Below the pieces are notes generated by a model. It worked only from the letters and a program-made list of their open reading frames with translations. It ran no database searches and was not told the origin of the DNA. Shown one piece after another: positions 41,597-55,200 of a stretch of DNA of 64,000 nt. The DNA lies in assembly GCF_032062105.1 (NCBI RefSeq), contig NW_026930495.1:62001-126000 (forward strand), read 5' to 3'. The position numbers and the translations under genes were made by a program. Each line of letters begins with the position of its first letter. Within the stretch, counting starts at the first letter, position 1. The DNA comes from Saccostrea cucullata. Taxonomy: Eukaryota.

Positions 41597-44500
41597 TTAA
41601 TCTTCCTCATCAGAATTAGCGGGATTAAGATTTGCGACTGTCACTCTTTTGATATTCGGACACTGAAGATGGAGAATTTCTACGATGCTGGGTTTCACTC
41701 GTGTCCCATCTAAATTGATTAAGGAAAGGGTCTCAGATTTTAAGCAGGAAACACCTGAAATAAAACAGATTACAGTTTTCCTCAACAAAGCAATGTACAC
41801 ATATCCAAGATATAGCTTTACTTAATTAATTAATGCTCATGAGATACTGACTGACTGCCAAATACTGTATATCTTTTTGTGTACATAAAATGGCGTATTC
41901 AAAATTTAGCACAAACACTGTGTATATATAGTTTTAACATATTCAATTAGTATGACATTTCTGCACCGTATATATATATATAAATAGATTTTAACAGTAT
42001 TCAAGAGTGCATCCTTGTCCATGCCAATGCCGCTAAAATACATGTATGAAACCGGCTTTTTTAAGTACACATACAGTATTTGTTACTTGCAGATAGTTCT
42101 CTACTCAACTTTCCAAATTAATGAGTGCAGTTCTTTTGACTACAATCTACGGTTGTCCCATCAATTTAAAACCCCTTTCCCCTCTCAAAAATATTAATTT
42201 TAGAAGACTTATACTGGGTTCTAATTACCTTTATTTGACACAGATGTTCTACAAAGGTTAAGTTTACTCAAATCCTGACATTCACCCAGAGCACCATTAC
42301 ACAGAAATCTGCTGGTTATGCTGTAAAAGAAGAGGAATACTGCTGTATACATTAACTACCGACTCTATACTTTCAGCACTATACATTCCGAGTACATATA
42401 TTTGCATTAATCTTATAAGAATTTTTTACCTTGTGCTTGCCAGACTTAGTTCTACGAGTCCTTGGAAGCCTGAAATGAGAGATGATGTACTGTTTTAATC
42501 CATTATTTTCTATGGAAGAGGCCCTTTATCTTTACATTTCAAGTATTTTATGACTGCACACAATGAAGCAGAACAGTAATATCAAAGGCTGAATGAAATA
42601 CAACTATTTCATGCAATCATTTCGTTAAGAGCTCTGAATATGGGCACAATATTAAATCACTGAATTTTTATATACAAAGTACATTTGTAGGTATCGAATG
42701 TTGTTACTGCTAACATATAGCTAACACTCCTTCAAATAATTTTGTTAATAGAAAAGGTTCTTTACTGCCACAAATAAGTAATATTTTTTGAATGTTTACA
42801 TACACTTCACAACTTCTGAACACACATCTGAAACTAATGTTCTGTCCAAGTATAATATCTGTAGTTCTTTCAAATCTGAAAAAAAAACCAGAGAACAATT
42901 TTATAAGCAATACAGGCATTACTTTTAAAAAGTTCCATTTCTTTCAATGAATGCAAATTCAGTGCGATAATTGTGAAAATTTTATTATCTTTTAATGTAT
43001 TTTATTTGCATAAATCAAACTGCTTCCAATTTACAGAAAATTAATACTTTTTAAATGGACCATCCCCAGGTCAGTTACTTTAGTATTACTGAGGAGGAGT
43101 TTCTTCAATCTACAGAAAAAAAACAAAATAAAACTGTGTTATACACTTTAACTGTACAGAAAATATAAAGCAAAAAAAGTGTAAACTTGATACATCATTT
43201 TAGTATAACAGGTATTAATTATTGCATAATTTCACAATAAGCACCACTTGCAAAATAAAATTACTGATACTTGCTTTTACTTGTTGCTAAAAACTACTGT
43301 AAAACACTGTTCTTGCGAACATGGTTATATAAAGGAACTCACTCATATAGCAAAGTGATTTTCAATCTTTGTGGTTTTAAAACTTATTGTTATCTTAACA
43401 GATATAACAAATTAAATTTATATTAATGCATTAATAATATTAATACAATGAATCAAAATTGCAGTCCCTGGCAGTTTGCTGTTATTTTACTGTATTTAAA
43501 TTCTACTGATCAACCACCAGCTCTCCGTTATATATTTACAAGATTTGATGCCTGAGTCATTTTGTGATACTGGTGTAAATTAAGTGATTTAAAGTATTAC
43601 CTTGAACATAATGTCTTACTGTAGTCTTTCCACAATACCTACATTTCAATCTTTCTTACTACAATCTTTCATCATACCTACGTTTTAATCTTTCTCACTA
43701 CAATCTTTCATCATACCTACGTTTTAATCTGTCTTACTGTAATCTTTCATCATACCTACGTTTTAATCTTTCTCATTACAATCTTTCATCATACCTACGT
43801 TTTAATCTTTCTCACTACAATCTTTCATCATACCTACGTTTTAATCTTTCTCTCGACACTACAATCTTTCATCATACCTACGTTTTAATCTTTCTCTCGA
43901 CACTACAATCTTTCATCATACCTACGTTTTAATCTTTCTCTCAACACTACAATCTTTCACAATACCTACGTTTTAATCTTTCTCTCGACACTACAATCTT
44001 TCATCATGCCTACGTTTTAATCTTTCTCAATACAATCTTTCTCTCGACACTACAATCTTTCATCATACCTACGTTTTAATCTTTCTCTCGACACTACAAT
44101 CTTTCACAATACCTACGTTTTAATCTTTCTCTTGACACTACAATCTTTCATCATACCTACGTTTTAATCTTTCTCACTACAATCTTTCATCATACCTACG
44201 TTTTAATCTTTCTCTCGACACTACAATCTTTCATCATACCTACGTTTTAATCTTTCTTACTACAATCTTTCATCATACCTACGTTTTAATGTCTTACTGT
44301 AATCTTTCATCATATCTACGATTTAATCTGTCTTACTGTAATCTTTCATCATACCTACGTTTTAATCTGTCTTACTGTAATCTTTCATCATACCTACGTT
44401 TTAATCTTTCTCACTACAATCTTTCATCATACCTACGTTTTAATCTGTCTTACTGTAATCTTTCATCATAGCTACGTTTTAATCTGTCTTACTACAATCT

Positions 44501-47500
44501 TTCATCATACCTACGATTTAATCTTTCTGACTACAATCTTTCATCATACCTACGTTTTAATCTTGCCCACGTGAACCATTCCTTCGTCGCCCACATTGAT
44601 ATAGTTTGTAAGGTCCAACTCTGTTAAGGGCATCTCTGAAATGTACAATCATTAGCTTACTTTAAGACCATTCATTTCTAACTTACTCCTTTTCACAGTC
44701 AAAGGATTTCATCATTTACTATGTTAACTGTATGTTTAGAGATAATAAGTTTTTTTAAGTCACATACGGTTTTAAAAAATGACTGTTCAGGATTTACATA
44801 ATTTTATATTGGATTTATCATCAATCACCGTTCATGATCTTCACCTTTTAAATGATAACAGAAGACACAGAAGGAAGAAGTTACACACAGAAAAGACTTT
44901 GTCATCCTGTCTATAGTTTCAGTAAGGACAGAAGGACGCAACATTTAATTGTCATAATAATATAATAAGGAAGAAGAAAGAATGGGCTAGTACATTTGCA
45001 CATGTACATTCAATCCTTGTTAAGCCAGACACTTGTTTTCCAAATCAAATCATTCAGATTAATCAAGTATTCAGAATATAATCAAAGTACTCAGAAGTAC
45101 AGAGAGCCGGGCTTATTTACAGAGTAGAATGGATTTCTTACATGAATCACTTTTATATTCTGATGAAAAAATTATTTTAAAACTATCAATATAAATGATA
45201 AGACACTGACAGTGAGTTTTTCAATCCTAATACCACGGTCCGAATCAGAATGTTTTTTGTCAGAATCAGAATTAATCTGGTACCGCAGCTGAATGTAAAC
45301 AAACAGGCCAGTCTGGTTCCCTCTCCTGCTTTACTGTGTATGTGTAGAGAACTACGGTAACACTGATTATCAAAAATCCTTACGCTAATGAACTATGTTC
45401 TTTGACTTATGAAGTTTTCAAAGTCATTACTGCTAATGTTTATTTTATATAGATAAATCTTTGTTTTAGTTTTGTTGCTTTATTTAGCGTTCGTATTATC
45501 TCAAAAGCGGTTGAGAGTAAGAACTATATTTTTGCACGTAACTTTAAAATGGCGACTATGGGGTCAACATCCTGCCTTGAACAGGATCACATAAGCCGGC
45601 AATTGCTCTTTGAGCAATAAGCCCGGCTAAAAACATAAAATTTATAAATCTGTACTTACCACTGATAAACTGTAGACCAATATCTGTTGTGGTTAATCGG
45701 CTAGGTAAACTTAAACTCCTTAGGGCCAACCCTTATAAAGGGAGAAAGAAGAACTTATCAGTTTAACTATTTTTTTCAATTATGGAAAAGTTTTATCAAG
45801 AGACACATGAGGCCAAGCTTAAATAATTCTTTGTTTGCAGTTGCCGACCTATAATTTTTAGTCTGGGTAGGTAGGTAGGGAATTTTTTTTTTTTTTTTTT
45901 TGAAAAAAAAAATTGTTCCAGATTTTTTATAGATAACATAAAATAGAGTTTTTCATAGGCCTACTATACATGAATAAGCTGCACTCTTTGTATAAACTAA
46001 TGATTGATGAAGACAAAAACTGAAAATGAAACAGTTTTAATATCCTGAAAAATTTGAGAAAAAAAATAATATTACAAAATGGCTAAAAAAAAGTTTGGGT
46101 CGGGTGCATTTTCAGTAGGTCGGTCGGCAACTGCAAACAAACAATATTTTATTTTAGGCCTGAGTCATAATATTTGCCAGAGTTTCAATGGCACTGCTGC
46201 ACTTCATGAGCAATTATTCCTATCATATTACTTTATTAAAATATATTGCCCAAGGATTCATTATTTGAACATGCATGTATTGTGATGCCTATAACTTACT
46301 CTGTGTGTATTGTGATGCCTCTAACTTACTCTGTATGTACTGTAGAGCCTGGTCCCCATTTACTCTCTCCGTGTTAGAGATCCCCAGACACGTGATACTG
46401 TCTCCCAGACACAGTAAGGATTCCGTCACGATGTCTGTCTGTGACACATCTAGAGCCTCTAGCTTCAGTAGCTTATCTACACCAGACAGTCCACAGACCT
46501 AGGGAATAACAAACCAAGGGGTGTAATTCATTCATACAGAATTAACTGTTCAAACCAAGGGGTGTATCTCATACATACAGAATTAACTGTTCAAACCAAG
46601 GGGTGTAACTCATACATACAAAATTAGCTGTTCAAACCAAGGGGTGTAACTCATAAGATTTACTGTTCAAACCTAGGGATGTGTAATATTCTTCCACTGA
46701 ATATAATAAATAAGAAGTTCCACGTTTTGATATAATTTATTAATGCATGTGTCTACAGTGACGGTCGAAACTACAACTGATTAATTTCCCTAGTGCTACA
46801 GTGATATACAGTATAATGAGTATTAACATGCGGGCTTAATGTACAGCTGCATAAACAAATGCATCCTGTGAAACTGTCTGTGTGGCCAGATTCTCACGAT
46901 CAGTTCATTCAGCAAATTAAAGATAAACATATCAGAAACAGTTAGGAATGCTGATACCTGACACCTCCCCTCTTAGATAAACAACTATCAAGAACAATTA
47001 TTATCATTACTCAGAACTTTTAACTGAACTGTTGAATGCAGATATTGTTTTTTTTTTTTTTTTAATTATAATGTCTAAAATATCAAATTGTCACCATCAA
47101 TTGTACAATACTTTTTAATTTTAGAGGATTATTATGCCTCTTTACACTTATAACACAATTAGCACTGAAAGTCTTTCAGATATGCAGGTTTATTCCTGGA
47201 TCTAATCGGATATCGGCGCTCTTGAATTTCTGCGTTTTGAGTTACGTTCGGCTCGCGTTCTTTAGCTTGTAGGGTGTCATTTGGTCCAATTTCAGGTGTG
47301 ACCTCTGGCTGTGCCTTGATTTTTGGTAAGAATATCTCGAGCTCGGTCTCAGAGATGTCCTTAGTTTCTCTTTTTCGGATATGATCTATGTGTCTCCGAA
47401 CAATACAGTCGTTGTTGAGTTTGATTCTGTAGGATAACGGTCCTGTGATTTCAACTACGCTGCCCTGTATCCAAGGATCGCCTTTGCGGAAGTTTTTTAC

Positions 47501-50500
47501 AAAAACTTTTTCATTGATCTCGAATTTTCTTTGTTTGGTATGCATATCATGATAGTTTTTCTGCTTGATTTGTTTTTCTTGAACTTTGCTTGCTATGTCT
47601 GGCATTACTAAATTTAATCTCGATCGTAATTTTCTGTTCATAAGCATTTCGGATGGTGTTAGCCCTGTCGTTGACTGTGGTGTAATTCGGTAGTTAAACA
47701 GAAATTTATGAACTCTCTCCTGGATGGTTCCTCCTGTAATCTTCTTGATGGCGGTCTTAAAGGTCTGAACTGCCCGTTCTGCACATCCATTGCTTGAGGG
47801 GTGATAAGGTGATGTTTTAATGTGCCGAATTCCATTTTTGGCAATGAACTGTTCAAATTCTTTACTTGTAAATGATGGTCCGTTGTCGGAAACGATAACT
47901 TCGGGTAATCCATGAGTTGCAAATACGCTCCGCAATTTGTCTATTGTTGTGCGGGTAGTGATGTTTTTCATCACGATGACCTCGAGCCACTTTGAGTACG
48001 CATCCATTATAACAAAATACATATTATCCATAAATGGTCCTGCAAAATCTATGTGTAGCCTTGACCAAGGCTTACTCGGATATTCCCAAGGATGTAATGG
48101 TGCTAGAGCGGGGTTTTTCATGTTGACTTGACAGTCCTCACATTCCCTAACACAGCGTTCTAATTCACTGTCCATGTTAGGCCACCACAAGTAGCTCCTG
48201 GCCAAACTTTTCATTCTGGTAATTCCAGGATGTCCCTCATGTAATTCATCTATCATGCATTTTCTGCCTGGACTCGGAACGACCACTCTATTGCCCCATA
48301 ATATGCAACCGTCGTTGCTGCTCAATTCAGTCCGACGTTCAAAATAAGGTTTACATTCTTCTTCCGGACATTTATCAGGCCAGCCGTTGAGAATGAAATG
48401 AAGTACCTTTGATAGTACATGGTCCCTCCGTGTCCATAGTCTTATGTCCTTACACGTCACGGGTAGCTCATCAATGTGATTTAGGATCATGCTTGTGTCC
48501 AACGGCATAGGGGTGTCTGTTTCCTTGGTTTTTAAGGGAAGTCGGCTCAATCCATCGGCATTTCCATGATTTCGTCCTTCTTTGTACACAATACGGTATT
48601 CATAAGCTGCTAATGTTAAAGCCCAGCGTTGAATTCTTGAAGCAGCCATTGATGGTATTTGCTTGTCCTCACTAAACAACCCAATGAGCGGTTTGTGATC
48701 TGTCACGATTGTCACCGGTCGCCCAAACAAATACTGATGGAATTTCTTTATGCCAAATATGATTGACAAACTTTCCTTCTCCAATTGAGAATAATTTCTC
48801 TCTGCCACTGTCAAGGTACGTGACGCATAGGAAATGGGACGCTCGCTTCCATTTGATGTGATAGGACTGCTCCTATTCCGTATGGCGATGCATCTCATGC
48901 AAGTATCATTTTTAGCATGGATCATAATGCACTAACACTTTGTCGGATTGCAGTAAATCCTTTGAGTTTTGAAATGCATCCTCTTGCTCCTTACCCCACA
49001 TCCACTTTTGATTTTTCTGCAACAATTTGTGCAAAGGATTCAACGTTGTCGCTAAATCGGGTAGAAACCGATTGTAGTAGTTGAGCATTCCGAGATACGC
49101 TTTCAGCTCGGTAACTTTAGTCGGATGTGGTGCATTCTTGATTGCTGTCACCTTCTCCGCAACGGGGTAGATTCCTTGCTTGTTTATCTTGTACCCAAGA
49201 TACACAACTTCAGGTGCCATGAATACGCACTTACGTCGCTTGAGTCGAACTCCTGCATCCTGAATTCGTTTCAGAACTTCCTCCAGATTTTCCAAATGTT
49301 CCTTAGCTGTGCGACCTGTGACTAGTATGTCATCGACACGTATCAACACATTCGGAATTCCTTGAAGCAGATTCTCCAGTGTCCGCTGGAAAATCCCTGG
49401 ACTTGATGACACTCCATATGGAAGGCGATTATACTGATATAATCCTTTATGGGTGTTCACTGTCACATATTTCTTAGATTCATCTTCCAGGAGAAGCTGA
49501 TTATATGCTTGATTCATGTCAAGCTTGGTAAATTCCTCGCCACCTCCTAAGGTTGCATATAAATCCTCCGTTTTTGGAATCGGATAGTTATCCAGTTTTG
49601 ACACGGCATTAACGGTAACTTTGTAATCTCCACAGATTCGTATGGAACCATCTCCCTTCACTACTGGAACTATGGGAGCCGCCCATTCCGAAAATTTCAC
49701 TGGCTCTATTATGCCGCTCTTATGTAAACGGTCCAGTTCCTGCTCAACTTTTTCCTTAATTGCGTATGGTACCGGTCTGGCTTTGTAGTATCTAGGCTGT
49801 GCTGCTTGATCAACGTAGATTTTAGCCTTCATTCCTTTAACTGCTCCTAATTCGTCTCGGAAAACATCCTCAAATTTGTCTAGTGTTTTCTTGAGTCCCT
49901 TGTTTTTGTTGAATTCCGATATAGTAAATATCTCGCTCCAATCCAGTTGAAACTCTCCCAACCAGTCACGTCCCATAAGACTCGGTCCCCGGTTTCTAAC
50001 TACCGTGATTGGTATGTTTACTGATTTTGACTTGTACTCTACCTTAACTTTGCAAGTCCCTAATATCGGAATCTCATCTCCAGTGTAAGTTTTCAGCTTC
50101 GCCTTCGATTCCTGTAAATCTGGCTTCCCAATAGCTTTGTACGTCTCCTCACTTATGATAGACACCGAGGCTCCGGTATCTATTTCCATGTGTGTCGTGC
50201 ATCCATTAATTTTCACAGTCACTCTGTACGGCTTGATACTCGTTTTGTTTTCCATATGAAACATGTCATATGCGCAATCACTGTCGGAATCGCTGCTTGA
50301 TTCGGCCTGCTGGTCAACGAAATGTGTCTTACCGCTTTTTTGTTTTGCTGTGAATTTCCTCCCAGAATCACTGTGTGACCTACACTTTCTCGCAATGTGG
50401 CCTTTTTTCTTGCACTTATGACACTTGGAATCCTTAAATCTACACTGAGATGGTGCATGGCTCTCGCCGCAACGATAGCAGTCCTTGTTCTCCGGAACAG

Positions 50501-52223
50501 GGAATTTCCGGGCATGTTTTCCGACTTTGTTGATGGCTGACGCAGGGGCACTAGCTTGGATATCCTTGGCGTTTCGAACAGCCGTTTCCATAGCTGTGGC
50601 GATCTCCAGGGCTTCCTTGAAATTAAGCTTGGTTTCGCTTAACAGCCGCCTCTGGATCCTGTCGTCGTTGATCCCAACCACCAGTCTGTCTCGCAGCATT
50701 GTCTCCAGTGTTTCCCCGAACTTACAATGCTCGGACAAGCTCCTGAGTTCTGCTACATATTCTCTGACCGACTCGTCCTGTTTCCTCACACGACTATTGA
50801 ACTTAAAGCGTGAAATAATTTCTGATGGGTCAGGGTGTTTATGATCCTTGATCATTTTCACTATGTCCAAATACCCCTTTTCACTAGGTTTGGTTGGCGC
50901 TAATAAATCTCTTACCAGTTTGTAAGTATTTTTTCCCATAACACTAAGTAAAATATCCCTTTGTTTGCCTGCGTCCGTTATATCGTTGGCATTAAAATAA
51001 CTTTCTAGTCTCTCTATGTATTGAATCCAGTCTTCACTGTCATCATATGAGGTTAATTTTCCGTAAGTAGGCATGGTGAAAGTCACTTATCAATTTCAAA
51101 GAGTTAATAGCAAATATAAAAGTTTATCCTCGTCGCCAAATGTAATATTCTTCCACTGAATATAATAAATAAGAAGTTCCACGTTTTGATATATATATTT
51201 ATTAAAGCATGTGTCTACAGTGACGGTCGAAACTACAACTGATTAATTTCCCTAGTGCTACAGTGATATACAGTATAATGAGTATTAACATGCGGGCTTA
51301 ATGTACAGCTGCATAAACAAATGCATCCTGTGAAACTGTCTGTGTGGCCAGATTCTCACGATCAGTTCATTCAGCAAATTAAAGATAAACATATCAGAAA
51401 CAGTTAGGAATGCTGATACCTGACAGGATGCTCAATACATAAGATTACTGTTGAAAACAAGAGATGTAACTCATACAGATTTTACTGTTCAAAACCAAAG
51501 TGCTTACTCACACATATAAAGAGTTATTGTTCAAACTTTACTTTTCAAACCGAGGAGGGAACTCTATAAAATATTTCACTATTCTTTTACTATTTCTTTT
51601 ACCAGTCTTTTTTATGATGATCCTCTATGAAACTAACATCATTTAGCTTTTTTCATAGAAGATCACATAAAAATTCATTCATGAACAGAATCGGGATTTA
51701 ATTTTTTTTTTAATGAAGAAAGAGTTACTACCCCAGTAATCTTGATAAAACAATATAATTTAATATTGTATCTTGTTCCATTTCAAAACACTTTCCTACC
51801 TTGGTATGTTCTAGGGACAAAACTTTTAAATTTTCCAATTCTGAAATTAAACATACAATTTTAAAAAAATTTGAAAAATAATATCAATAATTTAAGAAGT
51901 CAAAAACAAGATAAAAATTTAACAACTGTCTCTATGCATACCTTTTAAATGAGGCAGTATTTTTTCTGTGACGCTGGTCCTGTTAAGGTTGAGGGCCTGT
52001 AGACAGGTAGGAAGACTAGGGATGATTCCTGTTAAACCCGGCTCAGTGACCCCTGTACCGTCCAAGTTAAGGGAGAGTAGGCAAGGCATATCTGTCAATA
52101 AAGGAACGAAATAGTCATGTCACAAATACACCAAGGCCATCAAACTATTACATGTACTAGGCCAGGCATATCTGTCAAATATAAGAAATCACTAATACAC
52201 CAGGGCCATCAAACTATTACTCT

Positions 52224-52262
<39 letters not shown>

Positions 52263-55200
52263 GCTTTGACCATTCCGTTCTTTACCACATTTCCCCCTTG
52301 CAATACATTGTCTACCAAAAAATATTGTGGCCACCTTACCCCGGGGGTCATGGTTAGAACATCACACTATAGGATGCTTCCACATAGTTTCACAAGTGGT
52401 TCTTGAGAAGAAGATTTTCAAAGATTTTTCCTTTATATTTCTATGTAAAACTTTGATTCTCCATTGTGGCCCTGCCCAACCCCCAAGGGTCAAGATTTTA
52501 ACAAATCACTAATACACAGCTTTTCTGGGAGAAGAAGATTTTTAAAGATTTTCATATATTTCTATGTAAAACTTTGATTCCCCATTGTGGCAAGGTCATG
52601 ACTTGAACATTTTAGAATCTACACTACCCAAGGATGCTTCCACATAAGTTTCAGTTTTCTGGCCAAGTGGTTCTTGAGAAGAAGATTTTTAAATATTTTT
52701 CCTATATATTTTTATATAAAATTCCAAGGCCATCATGATTTTAATAATTTAGAATCTAAACTACCCTAGGATGCTTTCATAAAAGTTTCAGCTTTTCTGG
52801 CCGAGTGGTTCTTAAGAAGAAGATTTTTTAAGAAATCTTGTGAGGGGACATTTTAACAATTTAAATTCGCCTTCACCTAAGGATGCTTTGTACCAAGTTT
52901 GGTCAAAATTGGCCCAGTGGATGGACGACGGACAAAATGTGATCAGAAAAGCTCACTTGAGCCTTCAGCTCAGGTGAGCTAAAAAAGTAAGAAATCACAA
53001 ATACACCAGGACCATCACAATAATACTTCACAAGGCAATTATCTGTCAAAAGAAAGAAATCACTAATACACAAGGGCCATTAAACTATTAATTGGCAAGG
53101 CATGTCTGTCAAAAGTAAGAAATTACAAATATACCAAGGCCATCAAAGAAATACTAGGCGTGTCTGTCAAAAGAAATCACAAATACACCAGGGCCATCAC
53201 AATAATACTAGGCAAGGCATATCTGTCAAAAGAAATCACAAATATACCAGGGCCATCACAATAGTATTAGGCATGGCATATCTGTCAATAAAGGAAAAAA
53301 GTGAAATACGAGACAAATCAAGGCAAACAAACTAGTACTTTACAAGAAATATTTATCAATAAAGGAAGAAAAGTAAAATACAAGTTACATCTAGGCCAAC
53401 AAAATAGTACTACACAAGACATATCTGTCAATGAAAGTAAAATGCAAGTCATATCAAGGCCAGGACTTTTAAATCACATCCATAATATTTGAGATCTTGA
53501 CGTTGGAGATAGCGAAAATCAACTGTATTTATTAGGATAACAATACTTACACTGAACTAACATTTATTTTCAAAGAAAGCATATAAAGATATAATTTAAT
53601 CTTTTACAGTGTACTATAAGGAATAAACATTTGACAAACCTTTAATTATTTCTAAACATTTATCTGTGAGCTGTCTACATCCACTGAGGTTCAAGTGCTT
53701 CAGTTTTTTTAAAGCTGAAAAAAGAATCAAGTACATGTAAATAAAGTTATTCACCCCTAATACATGTATCAACTGCAACCCCATCCCCTCCCTTCACCAT
53801 GACCTAAAATATATATGGTTATCTTCTTTCTCTGAGGGGCTTGTTCAAATATTTTTTGATGTCTGGTATGTTTTCAATAATTTTCCACTGATAATGTAAA
53901 TAAAAGTATCTTTGTCATTAACCTGAAGCTGTAAAATGAATCACACAAAGTCCAAACCAACACTTACTGTTGAGTTCTAGCAGTCCCGCGTCCGTAATCA
54001 ATGGACACGATTTTAAACTAAGTGTCTGTAATTGGCAGTGATATCTAAAAATATAACAACAAAAAAGTTTTTAACTTGTTTGATACCTGTTTTTTTCACA
54101 TTAAGAAAGGTAATGTCCAGGGCAGTTTGATATCTAAGATCTTTTACATTATATGACCATGTTTTGATAAATCGAACACAACACTAATTGAATGGAAACC
54201 TCAGTCAAAATTATTATATATGATAAAGTTTATATTCACCTGACAGCATGAAGCAGTTCGTTGGTTGCATAGGGATAACAATCTAGGATCATCTTTCTCA
54301 AAAAGCTGAAAAATTAAAAATACCTTTCAGAGGTATGTAAAGTGGTCAATATAGTCATTTTTTAACACTTATTCCTATACACTGGATATTGGGATTAGGA
54401 TATTGCTTTAATATCAATAGTAATGACATTACAGCATTTTACAGTCACTGTAGTTTTCATGTGAAAGTTATGCCAAATACAATAGATTCATATAAAAGAT
54501 AGCTGTGTTACATGTAGAAACAGAAACAAACAGGGGCCAAGCGCTCACCTGAGAATCCTTAAAGCCATTGAACAAAATCTACACTACCTTGGATTCTATA
54601 TAAATAACACTAATGTAACTTTGAAGTGTTTGAAAAGAAGATTTTAAAAGGTTTCCCTCAATATCCCTATGTAAAAGGTTCAGGGGGATGAACAAAAAAA
54701 CTACCTGAGGATGATTCAACATAAATTTCATCTTTCCTGGCCCATTAAAATCTATATATTCCTATGAAAAACTACATTTTGGCCCCAATCCTGGGTCATG
54801 ATTTGAACAAACTTGAATCAACACTACCTGAGGATGATTCAACATAAATTTCATCTTTCCTGGCCCAGTGGTTCTTGAGAAGAAGATTTTTCCTATATAT
54901 TCCTATGAAAAACTTGTGTCGGCCATTTTGGCCCCACCCTTGCCCCTGGGGTCATGATTTGAACAAACTTGAATCAACACTACCTGATTAAATGTAAAGA
55001 ATATACTATGTAAAAAGTGCTCATATTAACAAGCAATTGAATAAATATTACCTTCAGAAAAACTTACTGTAAACGTATTATATTTGGCTGAACAAACTTG
55101 AATTCTACCTGAGAATGATTCCACATGAGTTTCATCTTTTTGGCTGAAAGAAGATTTTTAAAGATTTTTCCTATATATTCCTATGTAAAACTTGGGTCGG

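Larger units (their letters stand above)
46682..51425 (-). mobile_element. Full-length Ty3/Gypsy (Mag-like) LTR retrotransposon in an intron
   Basis: Near-identical LTRs 51141-51425 and 46682-46963 (TGT...ACA), 5-bp TSD GGATG, PBS TGGCGACGAGGAT (51126-51138), polypurine tract AGAGGGGAGG next to the 3' LTR. Confidence 0.98.

Noticed and set aside
43630-44562. CRISPR-like array of ~37-bp repeats
   Set aside because: Repeats are contiguous with no unique spacers, there are no cas genes, and the context is a eukaryotic intron.
48900-48925. Programmed ribosomal frameshift between the two Gypsy ORFs
   Set aside because: The break is inside RNase H and needs two shifts plus a stop readthrough.
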